A DNA stretch of 64,000 nt from Tubulanus polymorphus (taxonomy: Eukaryota > Animalia > Nemertea), in NCBI RefSeq assembly GCF_964204645.1, contig NC_134031.1, positions 15,487,807 through 15,551,806 on the forward strand. The letters are read 5' to 3'. A model generated the notes under the pieces. The model worked only from the letters and a program-made list of their open reading frames with translations, made no database searches and was not told where the DNA came from. Shown here piece after piece: positions 11,695 to 25,557 of this stretch (its first letter is position 1; each line of letters begins with the position of its first letter). A program made the position numbers and the translations under genes.

Positions 11695-13964
11695 ATTCTT
11701 TGACTAATGTCAAGTGAACTAAAGTATCAAGGACGCAGTAATATCAAATGGCATCATGGCAGTTCGTCCCTCCCATTCAAATTCATTATATATCTGTCTG
11801 TTTAAAGTTCGCAATTTGGCTGTTGTAATCCCAAATGACAAGAGCGCGTAAAAACCGTACACTACGAATTGAAACGTTTTAAATTTGCTTACATATTTAA
11901 TTGCTAGCAGTCATTGCGACGCATGTCTTGGGATTGCGCGCTATCCATTCGAATTTTCTCTTGAAATCAGAGCGCAAAATTCATATTCGAAATGGAAAGA
12001 GACACACGCGTTGTATCTATTATTAATCTGAGGAGTGGAAACTGGCCGGGTAATTCAAGCCGCATTTCGATCTAGACAGCAATAATCTACAACGAGAACC
12101 GATCTATTTTTCAGCGACCCGAGAATAATAACTTATTCTGAGAAATGATATACGCGTAGTTCATACGGAGAACTGTTTTTTTTGCTGACGGCGACACTCC
12201 TTCATCGTATCCGTGTCGGATAAACCTCGTGGACTTCTCTCCATCTCAACCGAGTTATTAGTTTTAGTGCCGATTAGAGCCGTTGTCAGTTTATTTATCA
12301 TGCATTTACGCGTTCGTTTGAAATTGGCTCGTGTCATTTTTCCGGTCTTAAGATACCGGGACCTTTTATTCGCTAACGCCTCGCAACGCAATTTTTGTCG
12401 CTAACCATCCCGTAAGTCCAAAATTTGCAAAAATGAGGTCGCCTCAAGCATCCAGCTATGTAGGCGGTAAAATAAGATATTAATATATTGCAATGAGGTT
12501 TTTCGATTGGACTGGTTCCCGTTGCGTGAAAAATCATCCACGCAAAACTTGCGTAACGTTAGTGAATAAGGTCCGCGCTAACACCTCGAAACGCAGTTTT
12601 CGTCGCAAACTCCAGATTGGCGAAAATCTCCTTATTCACTAAAATCCACAAAAATTTTCTGCGCAATTTCATGAATTTTTCCCGAAACTAACGGGCACCC
12701 CTAAATTCTCATTTCCACGCAAATAACACTTTCGTAGCTTTTTCTAAGTTAAATCACGTAAATAATTGATATTTTTCAAGGTGCGGTTATACCCGGGATA
12801 TCCGACTAACTTTTTCCGGGGTCCAACTTGGATTCATAGTTACGTATGTTAAGACCCTATTGGCCACTATATTCGTCATCTGGTGGGCGGACTCCATCGT
12901 AATATCACTTATACGGAATTGTTTTTTCAAGAAAATACTTTTTAGTAGAAGAATCATGAATTGAATATCAATGTATTCTCGAATACCAAAATCATAGCCC
13001 GCAGCCAGGATTTTTAAATGGAGTGTCCAAATCTAGCCAAAAGGGCGGGTAGAAAAAAAAAACAATACTAGTGTAGTAGATTTCATAACGACCAGTGTCC
13101 TTTCTAGCAAAACGGCGCAGAATTTTGTGCCTTTTCATGAAAAAGCTATGGCCTTTTAAACATTCCGCCCATATCCCTTAGTCGATTTCGTATGGCCGAA
13201 TCTTTTAATAAAGTCTCCGATAAAATGTTATATATGGGTTTCACCGCCCTACCGGCTATGCATCGATACTGGTTCATCGCATCATCGCATTCGCTGAAAA
13301 AGAACACGCGCTTATATTTTCAATTCGATTGGTTTCGTAACCGTAACGTAAACCGTATCGATTATGCTTCATCGAGTAAAAGGAATCGTTCGTAAACATT
13401 ACATTACTCAAATACCGTTATAACGATATGGATTTTCTTTCCAATATAAAATGAATGATTTGCTTACATAATCAAATACTGGGCTAGAGATTTTTATTTT
13501 CTTTACAACTACGAAGCGAATCACTTGCAAACATAATGAAAAACCAAACTGCAATTAACGGATATTAAAATTATTTCGTCGAATAGACGTCATGATTATT
13601 AGGTATCGATTATCCTGACGACGGCTGTTGAACTTAGCGAACTTTTTAACTGCATTGGTGGCCAGTGAGACGTTTAAATAGATATGGGGTTTGAACCCCT
13701 AGAATTTTCAAAGAGCCCTTCAATGAGTCAACGTCAACAAATTTGGATCAAAATTTTTCGAAATTTAGATACAATTTTCATGTTTTTTTTAATGGAAATT
13801 AAAAATTATTCATTCTCAAATGATTTATCAGGTAGCCGAGCACTTCGTTTTTAAGAGCTGCCCTTTTTCAACAGGAAAATGCCCCTTTTCGTGGTAGAAA
13901 GTAGCCTTTTCTTGAAATAGAACCGCCCCTAGAAAAAGCTCGTCACGGGCCTGGATATACATAC

Positions 13965-14034
13965 CAGCTCTACTGATCCGTAATGACGACGGCTGAATAC
14001 ACCTCTACGAGCCGCAAGATCACTGGCAGACGAA
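13965..14034 (-). CDS. GARNL3: GARNL3 exon: SSASDLAARRGVFSRRHYGSVEL
   Basis: Matches the recalled human GARNL3 segment RRGDFSRKHYGSVEL. tttcag acceptor, GTATGT donor, phase 2 to 0. Confidence 0.9.
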
Positions 14035-14156
14035 CTGAAAAATACGAAAACAAAATACGTCGATCAATGATATGCCGTAGACTATAGCTGAAATCACACC
14101 GATTTGATTTATTTTGCATAAATAATTGGTACAGATTATAACAGGACATAATAGTT

Positions 14157-14273
14157 CATTCAATTCATTATTGTGTTTTTTGTTCCTCTGATGATGAGGC
14201 TTAGTTGAAGCCTCGAGAAACTGTAAGGAAAATAAACTGTTTTTACAGATCTAACTGTGGGTTTTTATTTGTT
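14157..14273 (+). mobile_element. 117-bp hammerhead-containing retro-insertion with 14-bp target-site duplication
   Basis: AGGACATAATAGTT occurs at 14143-14156 and 14274-14287. The insert holds a hammerhead core followed by AATAAA. Confidence 0.75.
14183..14230 (+). ncRNA. Minimal type I hammerhead ribozyme motif
   Basis: TTCCT-CTGATGA-T-GAGGCTT[agttg]AAGCCTC-GA-GAAA-CTGTA-AGGAA. 5-bp stem I, 7-bp stem II, GUA triplet with predicted cut after 14225. Confidence 0.75.
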
Positions 14274-14354
14274 AGGACATAATAGTTATTACATAATATA
14301 TAGTCAGTGCAATAATTCATGCGAGGAATTGAAGACAGAAAAAAAATACCGATT

Positions 14355-14530
14355 GTGGAAAGTGAGGCGAGTCACTTCCAGAACCAGGCAGCATTCACGC
14401 GCAATAATTTGACAAATTGGGCAACGGGCTGGCCCGACGTTTTTGGTCGGGCCAAATTTGACCCATTTGTCACCATTATGAACAGTTCGGGCCTGACACC
14501 GACCAAATTGGATCGGGTCAAAGATGCTCG
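14355..14530. mobile_element. Dispersed repeat (MITE-like); inverted relative at about 41410-41775
   Basis: Shared CATTCAC.CG.AATAAT, TTTTGGTCGGGCCA.ATTTG and TTCCAGAACCAG blocks. Confidence 0.55.
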
Positions 14531-15510
14531 GCGAAGAGCTTTCGGTACATCGGGTATATACTGATTGCTTTTATTGTTTTACCTACTAAACCCAAAATAA
14601 TTAATAGATATTATTCCCCAGATGTATTTTAGATATAGTTCTATGTTTTAGTCACTCGAATTGACCAGCAACGTTCAATACGTCCTAATGAACCGCATTT
14701 ACCAATAGAATTTATAGGATTCTGTCATATTACAAAGATACGATATCTAGAATCGTTAATCAAATGGTTATTCGTCGTTAATTCGAGTTTTTTTATCCGT
14801 TATTCATGCGTGAAACGTTTGTTTGTCTGGATGGACGACTTGATTAGCACCGAGAGTGTATGTTATATCGAACGAAAAGAAACACGCGGCGCCGGTGGCG
14901 ATTGGGAATTCCTCCAGCCTGTAGTCTAACGAGCTACTAAACAGTCTTCAGCATCGCGAGGATTGATTAGTATCAAAAAGCCATCAGGACATCGATGATG
15001 AAAGGATATCCGCGAACTACCTTATTTACCTACGCACAGTAGATTCAGCTCTATCTCATCAAAGTATATATGTATATATGTGAAGTCTGAGTCATTTCTG
15101 CCAGAGCATTAATTATTATCTAGAAATAAATTCATCGGCGCTAATGACTTCGCTCCCTGTATAGTTCGTTTAAGATTTTCTATCTCCATTCTAATCCTAT
15201 TTACTTCTCGTCCATCTCGCTGTCTTTTTTCCGCCACTCTCAAATACGTCAGCGCGTGATGATTGATGTTTTGTTTTTTCCTTAAATCGAGACCGAATCT
15301 CCGCAACGGCCTCGTGACTGATGATCAATATCAGGGGGTGTGTATACGTTCAACACACTCAAGCTCAGTTAATGCTTTGAAATGGGGGTATTCATTTCAA
15401 ATAAAATCAATATTACCTTTTAACTCCCTCCCTCGCTCCCTTCAACGATTCACCGGATATTACAAAAATATAGAATTTCGTCCCAAGAAAATTTGAATAA
15501 TTTCATGCTG

Positions 15511-15585
15511 GTTATAACGAACTATCGGTCATAACGAATACATTTTCTGGTCCCGTGAAGTTCGCTGTAACGAGGTTCCATTGTA
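15511..15585. mobile_element. Tc1/mariner (pogo-like) MITE terminus; relative at about 30747-31100
   Basis: Ends ...TAACGAGGTTCCATTG|TA with repeated TAACGA subterminal motifs. Confidence 0.55.
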
Positions 15586-17409
15586 TAGGGGTCGTTCAAT
15601 TAGGCACAAATAGCTGATTTTTAACCCCCTCCCTACCTTGTACGCAACAGTACTTATTAACCGCCCATACCCCCTGTACGTACGCATAACGATTTTCGAA
15701 ACCATCCTTATCAATGGAAACTACCGTTTTATCTATGAAACCAAGCAAAATGTGCAATAGGAGTCGAAATGGACACGATCAGAATCCTCATGTCATCTTT
15801 TGAAGATTCTTTAATGGTAAATAATGATGTGATATTTATATGATACGATATGAAATTTGAATGAATATCTTTCCGAATGGATCTTTTTCGACGCCATCCC
15901 GGTTTATGGTGCTGCGTATATTTTTGTATTTGTTACACTGACTAGAAGCCTATTCCAATATAACGTCGGACTCTAAAGCGATTCGTATTAAACCACTTAA
16001 ATTCTACAGCATCTCGATGTCAACTTGAAAATCTAGTCTCGGAAACCGATAAATCGACTCCACAGCGCGCGGCGGGTGCTTAATTCAACACTCACAACAT
16101 TAACACAATGAATTAATCTCTGTTCGCAAAGTGAGCGCCGTTCCAATTAATTGAAACACGATTGTTTTTTTGTGACGTCATCGAAATTAGAAAGAAAAAA
16201 AAACACAAATCGATTCAATGGGAACTACATCGCATGTGCGCAATTCAGCGGGAAAGCTGAATGAATACTATTAACACGATTAACACTCGTATACGTATTA
16301 TTTCTAGCAGCTGTAGTCGAATTACTGCTGATATCATTCACGAATGTGTCAGTTTTATTATTTCGACTTATTCCCACTTATACGGAGCTATACGCTAGAA
16401 TCGATGTACACTACGTCATCGATATTGGCGTTAGAAAATAACAATTACAATCGTGGGTGATTGGCGTCCATCTCGAATCTGGTTTCATGCCTCTTAATAT
16501 CGATTCGATGAATTTTCATATAATTTTGATGATGAAATTTTAGGTATTTCGGGTATTGTGTGAGACGATGTATGATACGCAATCCATCGTCTGGTAAGCA
16601 GTAAAATCAGTTTAATTTTCAATATATTCAAAGTCAAAATAACTTTATCTATCGTCGATACATACTATATTATCTACATCATGTTATTCATTGTCGACAA
16701 TATTAAGCAATATATATTTATAGATGTATATACACGTGTATATGATATTTTTCAAGGCATCAATAAACTTTCGAGGTTCTCTTGTTATATCGTCAATTCT
16801 CTGTAATCTAGAAATGGATGATGATTATCTAAAAAAAAACAACGTGTGTCTATAAGCTGTTGACAATGTTTCATGAGATGAAGAATATTTTTTGTTCGAA
16901 ATTCAGTTAGAGGTAATATTCACAATCGGCGCTGTTTGTGTTTGTCTAAAGAAACCTTAATAATACGACGCAACTGCCGCTTAATCAGATTCGATTTCGG
17001 TTCATAACGGGTTTCCGTGAATTAATTAGAATCTTAAGAAAAGACTAATTTTTGATCATCAAAAAATATATCGACGGATTATTCTGCGCATTTCAAAACA
17101 GTCGTGATAGACATCGTAGTGCTAGGCGATTTATGTGGCAATCAAATGCGAATTTGATATCTTAACATCACTGGAAACTTGAGAATAATCAATACGCTTT
17201 AGTAAAAAGATAGGCCTTTATTCAGAATTCAGACACCACATGCTTCTTGTATTTAATATGGATCTGGCGATCAAGAATGAATTTGATGAATTTTTATCAG
17301 CGCAGAGTATGTGTGGATACATATTCATGGAACACTGATGCAGTAGCACTACACATACACCGCTTAGTGATGAATGCAATACGTAGAGAAAAGAGAGGGA
17401 GGGTGGGAG

Positions 17410-17536
17410 AGAGGGAGAGGGAGAGGGAGAGGGAGAGGGAGAGGGAGAGGGAGAGGGAGAGGGAGAGGGAGAGGGAGAGGGAGAGGGAGAGGGAGAGGGA
17501 GAGGGAGAGGGAGAGGGAGAGGGAGAGGGAGAGGGA
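17410..17536. repeat. (GAGAGG)n microsatellite, about 21 copies
   Basis: Directly visible perfect hexamer array. Confidence 0.98.
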
Positions 17537-20500
17537 GGCTCTACCTGAGAAATGGAGATTTATCACCTAACGTATATATATACTTTTATCCGTTTTTCTC
17601 GGTAATCAGCAAAAATAGAAACAACATCGTCATTTCGATTAACGAATAAAAATCAATGCGAGCAGACGAACAACACGTCTGTCTCATTGGTGAAGTTGTC
17701 AGTGTTCCACGATATATACCGGTAATACGCGATATTCGGAACAGGTTGTTTTAACGACATCACGACGTGCGCGCATCGATGTTTCGGGCGGGCAATGAAA
17801 GAAAATACTCTGTTTATACGACAACGACTCTCTTCGCATCGGCAGAAGAATTCATTGCGACATCGACACGAAATGGGTTTTTCTGTTCGTGTATACGGCG
17901 GCGACAGGTGGTACGGCTTCCCCGTTAAAGTGCCCTTTTCCCACACTATTGTTTTGTTCCAGACGGTGGCTGATCTGATGGTTTTATTGCCCCGGTTTGG
18001 AATGGCTCGTCAGACAGAAATAAAGCGCAACAACAACACGACTGTTATTACAGATCCGATCGATTTTGAGCGAATTCGAGTTCAATAAAAGGTTATCGTC
18101 TGGCGACAGATTTTATTTGTCTTTAATTTCACACAAAGACAGCTGACAGACGGATGCGGGAATTGTACATGATACCCTTTAAAAATGAGCATAGCCTCCA
18201 TATCTTATTTGACGACAACAGGGGGCGCGTATGTCGGTTTATCTAAGTTTCTTAATCGGGCAAGATTGGCGTCGATCTCGAAGGAGCAACTGGCATAATG
18301 GATACATCATTAACTGTGCATCGCTTATAATGCTTACATTCTCCCACAAATTGCAATTATGAATATGAATACGATCAACAGGTATCAACATTTCAGCCAT
18401 ACTCAATAATAACATCGTCAGCAATTAACTCTATAACGCACGCGACATCTGTTCACTGAATCTCGATGACGAATTGATTTCTCGTATTATGTTCGGTTTC
18501 ATATAGGTATATCTGTGGTCACCATATACGGTCTGGTTCTATGATTGAACGAATTCGCCCTATCGCACTTCATGACCGATCTATTCGTTCGTGTCATGAA
18601 ATATAAAAACGAATCTATAGTCACTTTGACAAAAAGGATGGCGTCGACTGTTTTGTCGCCTGGTATGGCGGATCGATTCGCATGGCGCAACTAGGCAACA
18701 CAAGCACACCAGTTAAACAACAAAAGGTGATCATAGAAACCTAGTAATTAGATTCTTCCACAATATGAGAACATGATATTGATATTTCGTCCATGAAAAA
18801 ACCCGCGCAATATCGCCGTCCCACCGAAGAGAGAGAGAATCTTTCCTGCGCGGAGTCTGGAATTGGTAATCGAAAACCGGGATTTATTGTTATTTGTTCA
18901 GGCATCGTCGCGTCGCTTCATCGATTAGCGAAGCCGCAACGAAGAGCACACCTAGACGTCTTACAAATATTCGTGTAACGCTGCTATGTTATTATGTATA
19001 TTGTATTTTTCACTCATATTGTCTATCATTGTAGACCTTTAGTTTGTCAAATAAACTGCAACTGAGCTAATAATACCGCGCGGGTGCACCTAGTTTAATT
19101 AAGTTGGAGGATATTGAAAGGGTAGACAAAATTAGATTAGATCCAACCAGCAAATATCTATCAGCAAGTGTCAATATGATGAACTAATGGTGGCTGATTT
19201 AGGCCATGCTAGAAAAAAGTAAAATATAACATCACCACGACAAGTTTTTTCAATCAGTTTTTGTTTCAACGTTACACCCGAAATTGAAAAGACAATTGAA
19301 AATACCAGAAGCCGCTTCCATTTAAACGAGTCGAATCGTCGAAATAGAATATCTATCGTAGCGACGCGGCTTCAGTAACCATCGCTGTGACGCATATCTA
19401 GATAGAGTATTCTTAAAATCATCTCGAAGAGAAATATTAATTTGCATTTTTATCGATCCACGGCGGGTTGCGTGTATAGTAAAATCTTAACCTCGCACGA
19501 GCCGGGTTCACGCCCTTCAGTCGACTTGTTGTTGTCATTGTTGGTGGAGTAATAAGTAGAGCGGATAAGACGATTCATAACCACGATTATTTGTGAAATC
19601 TTCAGGGGTATTTCTCATTTCCGTTCTGTACTCGGGTTCGTGGCCTCGACCGGGGGCTGACCGCGTATATAGGATGTCCCTTGCAGCATATAACATTAAC
19701 CAACGAAACTACTGTGCTTGAATCTAAAAACACTAGCTTTTCATATATGCCCGATCAGAACTCTAGGTATAGCAACTCGCCAAGCTTTCATTCATAAGAT
19801 TCACGCATTTATTTCGACTTGTAGAATACTGTCTGGTTGGTGAATGTCCTTTAGTTAGAAATCCAAACACAGACAGTCTCTCTTACATTAATCAAAGATG
19901 TTATACATTTATACAATCCTCGCATGAGACTAATGTTTTACAAAACTGTTAGTTAACGCCAATACGTGTCAGACAAGACTTCGCTCATAGAGTCGTAAAT
20001 AACAATGAACTGATGAATTATTGCTTTGTCAACTAACTCAAAATAGCATTTAGTTTTGCTAAAATTGTAATCAACGCGATTGGTTTGTGTCGTCTAAGTA
20101 AGTCGGAATCAGTCTACCCTGGTTAACGAGGAGAATAAGCTCGTTTCCAATTAGTGCCACTGTGGACTTTTTTTCAAACGCAATTCGAGCTTCTTAGAAA
20201 AATGCGAACGAATTAGCGACCGATGATGCTGAATACACTAGCTTTGTTCACGGCAGTCTTCAGCGGGCTGTCACACTTTAACGAAAGCTAATCGTGCCAG
20301 GGATTCGCGAGGATAAAACGTACCTGATGATATAGCGATTAGCTATGCGGATACGCGAGGCACGTCAATTTCAGCGAAATCATCGAACTTAACATAGAGA
20401 AGAAAACTAGCAGATAAACAGAACTAACTCGCGATTTTGACAGTTTCTCTCGGCGTTCTGAAAATGGGGAGAACTTAACTGCGAAGCAATTACGAATAAC

Positions 20501-20959
20501 GGTATCACTTCACTTCACGAAAAGCTCTAACCCGCTTTCATTTTCGAAACCTATACTCGGAACGGCCAGTTTTTTTTTCGACGACTGCATGGTTGACGCA
20601 GCGGCACCGCTTGCAGAATCCTCGGGATATTATGCTATCACGTTGCTACGACTCGATACAACAATTCGTTGTCGACTGTGTTTTGATATTCGTAGCGGGT
20701 GCGCGTTACAGTTTGAATGGGATTTCGTTTTCCCGGAATCGGCATTTTGCCGTATGTGATGTAACGAGTCATTCGATATGCGACGATACGGCGCTCAATT
20801 GACGACCGGTTTGAGTGTAGAATAATATTGATAATCAAGCATTAATAAACGGGCGTCATCATTAATTTCGAATGTGAAAACGTAGAAGTTAGCCTACAAA
20901 ATACGCACATTATCAATTTGCCGGTTTGCCGGTTTGCCGATTTGCCGGTTTACCGTATA

Positions 20960-21239
20960 CAGGAGCCAGTTCCACACTTCCGAGTTCAGATTTGACATTG
21001 AAATATCGGCCAGAATATACCAGAAAATCTCTGTATGATGTTTAATTTAAAACATAACCTTTTGTCATACTCCTATTCCGCAGTCGTCAGTAGACTGTCA
21101 TCTGTAAAACTATAGTAAAACTATGTTTCCCATCAAGCCAGTTTGTACAACTGTGATGAGTAATAAATATATACTATACTAAAATCGCAAATGAACTAAT
21201 TCTAACTCGGAGTGAACTCTAAGTGGAACTGGGCTCCTG
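20960..21239. mobile_element. MITE with terminal inverted repeats CAGGAGCCAGTTCCAC / GTGGAACTGGGCTCCTG
   Basis: Terminal inverted repeats are visible. Related copies at about 37109-37220 and 60860-60934. Preceded by a (TTTGCCGG)n array at about 20917-20955. Confidence 0.65.
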
Positions 21240-23103
21240 AATGTTATAGAACATTTTAGATTTTGCACCATGGTTCTCTCTCGTAATCTTATCACTTTTA
21301 TCATATCACTTATCATAAGTGATAACTGATGATATTGTATGTACATATAAGATACATATACGAATAATCACTTATTGAAAAAATAATTTCGTTCGAAAAA
21401 AATAATTTTCGCCATGTCACCTCCGAGGCTCAGTGCGCAGACTTCGTTTGATGAACTCCGTTGCTTATTCTCGTAATACACACCTGTGACACTACATATA
21501 TCAAAACAATGATTGCTAAGAGGTCCAGTTTTCAACCACCCGAATACTCTGCCTGGGCACGCTCCTAGTCAGTAGCGGATACTAACTTGCACGATTGCAG
21601 GATGTTGCTACTACTCATAAGGGTTTTAGTTTGATAAGGCGGATATCACGTTAGTACTCGTCGCCTATTGAAAGTGTAGTCCTGTCTCTCATCATCAAGA
21701 AAGGCCGTGATTCCGACAGATCGTCGACGGAGAACGTGTTGTTATTCGTAAAGAGGCGAATGATCGAGACTTCAAGGCTAAAGGAGGATTCACGCGTGAA
21801 TCGGATGCAGTTTCTGCCTCTAGATTTCCCTAAACGGCCGTTTGAAAAAGCGACCGTTAATTCAAACCGCATACACTCCAGCGCGTTTTGGAATATTTTC
21901 AAAAGCGTTCTACATCATAAATTCGAAACAGACATTCACAGAGATTCACCTTCGTACTGCGGGGATGATACACTGAATCCGAAACCTTACGTGCACCCGC
22001 GACATTTCGACGTTGGTTTGAACAAAAACTCTGTAAAATGTCACGTATGGGGGCGGAAGCCTCAAAATCCACTTTGTCTGGAAAGCGGGCCAGTGAAGTA
22101 ACCAAACGCTTCGAGGTAACGGTATCTATGGATTTAGGTTCGAGTCCCGCACAGACCGACAAACTCTGGACCCTCACCATATTTTTGAAATACCCAATAC
22201 GGATGGTTTAGTTTAAGAAAAAAATGTACTCCAATAAATATGAAATTTTTGAGGGGGCGCGCCCCTTGCTCTGTCCTTAAATCCGCCCTGACACAAGTGT
22301 TGTGCAAGGTAAAGCCTGGAAGAAATAGAAGAGAATGTATGATGCACTCTGTGGATCTAATCGGGGGGAAATTTGTTCTCGAGCCGTCTATGGTCTTGAT
22401 TGGGATGTTGCGTGATAGCTGCGCGACGTCCCCGTCTCTACAGGCGGGACTGCTGAACACTGGCGTCGTGTCGATAGAGCAGAACAGCGAGTCCTATTAT
22501 ACACCACATCCAGCATGTACAAAAATCGGTGATTATAGACGCGAAATGAGGCAAATTAATGTTGTGTAATTTGTGTCGACTTTGACCTTCGATGTGGAAT
22601 AAAATGAGCCGGGGTTCACGAAGATGTCAATGCTCGCATTAAGAATTCATAGTAAAAACAGGTCCATGTTGACTCTTCAAGGGTTCAATGCCATGTAGTT
22701 ATAATATAAAGTTATAACATAGCGTATATGTGAAAATGATCTGGTTCTTTCGTAGGCGTCGTTTTCAGTGAGCGTGGATATTAATCTTACATGAAAGCTA
22801 GATATAGTATAGTAAGCCGCGCGTAAAAAAACGTACCATCATTTTTTAGCGCAAAGGTCGATTTGTTTGTTTTGCATGATGCGCTTTAAAAACAAATCAC
22901 TAGCGTGGGTGAAATCCGGATTAGGATTAGCCTTACCATACGACGGACCGGGTTCGGCAGATCTATTTTCTTAAACGACAAACGGCGTTATTGAAATCTG
23001 CCGATCGTTGTCTGCACGAATGAAGCGCTTCGTGATTTGACCATTATTTTTGCGCTTTCCGTGTCGTTATACACCCTACCATTCCCCCCTTCCCCGGGAC
23101 CAC

Positions 23104-23388
23104 GTCTACACTAGCGCGTTGTAGCCGGGTTCAACGAAAACCCGTGTTGGCGGTGAATAGCGTCTACGCTTAACGCAGTTTCGGTAGTAACCCTCAACAT
23201 CTGTAGTGCAAGTTCAAGGTCAATTGTGGCGCCCGAACACGGGTTCGCTGTCTCCACTAGCAAACATGAGTTTTACGCGAACGCGGGTTCAATGCGGAGT
23301 GTGCCCTTCTTTTGAAGATGGGTTTCTAAAACCGGGTTTTGCGGAAAATTCTGCATCGAACCCGGGTTTCGAGCGTATAGTGGACGCA
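23104..23388. mobile_element. MITE with AACCCG/CGGGTT internal repeats
   Basis: Ends GTCTACACTA... and ...TAGTGGACGC; repeated inverted AACCCG motifs. Confidence 0.5.
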
Positions 23389-25088
23389 TAAACCCGTGGG
23401 TAGAAAAATGCTATCGTAGCCGACGTTAATGATTTACGATTCTTACGTCGCAATCTCTACCGCAACCGAAAATGGCATTTTCTGAAACCGCTGCAAAAAT
23501 ATTTTCATATATACATATTGCTAACTTTGCATTGGGTATATGAGTCGATGTACACCACGTCATCAATATTTGCGTTTCAATATAGCAAATAAAGTGTAGT
23601 GTTTATTCTCAGTAGATTAAAATTTCTGGATTTTCATATTTTCTATTTTGATGAATTCGAGTTCTGTTTAATAATGAATACACGTGCACTACGTTACCAA
23701 TACGTGGATGTGCACTACGTAATCAATAGTAGGGCTAGACTGGTTAACGGTCACTTCAATTCAACTAAATTTTCAACAAAACGCGGCCAGCTTGATCTGG
23801 AATAGTTTTAATTTCCCTTATTCTATCATAACCATTGAAGTATTCATCGCAATAAATGATTTTTCAGTCCTCGGTTCCAATGTAAATAATGTTTGAAGCG
23901 AGCGAACGACATTTCGAATTCTCAGTTATACCGTCCCCGCAGTTCCGGTAGAAGATCCGGTGGCGAGGGACCTCTAAATCATTCCTCTTACAAACAAAAA
24001 CCAATTTGAAACCAATTGATAAGCCTGCCATCGTCCAATATAGGAGCTGCTGATATATCTCGAGAAAACATTCGTATCGGCCGATTAAACGGGTTAGATG
24101 CTGATAGAAGGAGACAGTGATATACAAGCTTGTTATACACTCATATTACGTCCATTTTCGGTAATTAAGCGAAGCTTTTAGCAAAATGTCGTCTTTAATT
24201 AGCTACAGATACAAACTGCTTTTTTATGGCTCTTTACGTATCGAATAAAGTTAAATTCATATACACATGGAATCTAAAATCGTGTATAATTGTGCTCATA
24301 TTTTAGAACGCTGCAATTTAATTCCAAGAGCAAATTTTGACTGCTCAAATTCCATCGGAACTACACCAGATAAAATGTTTCCATCCGCTTAAAAAAGGAT
24401 TTATCCAAGTCAAAAGACATAGTCGAAATTAAGGTCAGGGAATCTTCAAGATCCTTTTACTACTAACCTTGAGGTTAACTTAGGTGGAAACTTGCGTCTG
24501 TTCTTAGCTTTAACGATGGTTCCCCAGCACATGCACGTCCTCGGGTGTCTAAGCCGCTGATCTATCGCGGCCTGTCTTGAAAGCAGGCTATTTTGCATGA
24601 TAGCAAGGCGGATACGTCGAAACAAAGTGACTTTCGCTTTGACGGAGCGTAACGCGCGGGATTATCAAAATCCCTGATATTCTCGAAAATCCTTTTTTCT
24701 CGACGAGCAATGAACAACCTAGCTATAAGCCAACTGCGAGAGAAACACCCTATACAAAACACTTTTTCGAAATCAGCGCCGAGTGAAGAAATCGAGCTCT
24801 GAACTATATTGTAAGGCAAGCTTCCGTTTAGAGGCACACCTATATTGCGTTAGGTGTTATACGGACGTAGTGGTCAACTTCGACGACACGACCTCCTCTC
24901 GCCAATAGGTATCGATGATTCAAGCGATACAAAAGATAGTAATTCACACCTCAGGCTCAATGATAGAAATGTATATTTGAACGAACATGTCCAATTATCA
25001 CTTAAATGGAGCGGCGGATGAATTCTTCCAGGAATGTATGCCACCACCATAGCGATAAGCCCAGTTTTATAGGCAGGTATTACCCAAC

Positions 25089-25557
25089 AGGTAAAAATCC
25101 CCCCGGTAAATATCCCCGCCCCCAGTAAAAATCCCCCCAAATTTGATTTCACAGCAAAATATAATAAAATAAATGTACTTCAATATTCTTATCTTGAAAA
25201 ACTTAATAAGTTTTCAGAAGTTTCACATTTTCCGTGGTGCTTTTCATAATATTCCCTTTAGATAATCTGTGCGTTTTACCAAGCTACGTGCATAAAGCCT
25301 TGAAAGTGACATTATTTTGTAACTTCTAGCAAGCAACATGCATGAATGATGGTATTATCGTAGTTTCGAAAATTTTTATGAAGAAATCTCGTTTAAAAGT
25401 AATAGTAAAATATCTGTGCACCCTAAATATTATTGTAAAAAGTATCATCTATTTCATTTAGGTATTTATACTTAAGTTTGATAGAAAACTGAACTTGGGA
25501 GGATTTTTACCTGGGGGGATTTTTACCGGTTTTTGTTACCGGGGGATTTTGACCTAC
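25089..25557. mobile_element. MITE with GGTAAAAATCCCCC subterminal repeats, nested in another MITE
   Basis: Three AAATCCCC repeats at the left are mirrored by three GGATTTT repeats at the right. It interrupts a GCCCAGTTTTATAGGC-type element. Confidence 0.65.

Noticed and set aside
17247-17649. RE-, SL- and RG-repeat ORFs
   Set aside because: Translations of (GAGAGG)n.
20322-20360. CTGATGA plus hairpin
   Set aside because: No GAAA box and no stem I.
21651-21902. Minus-strand ORF as a third first exon
   Set aside because: Only a weak donor (GTACTA), a TTG start and no homology.
22120-22160. tRNA gene at B-box GGTTCGAGTCC
   Set aside because: No cloverleaf or clear A-box; likely a SINE remnant.
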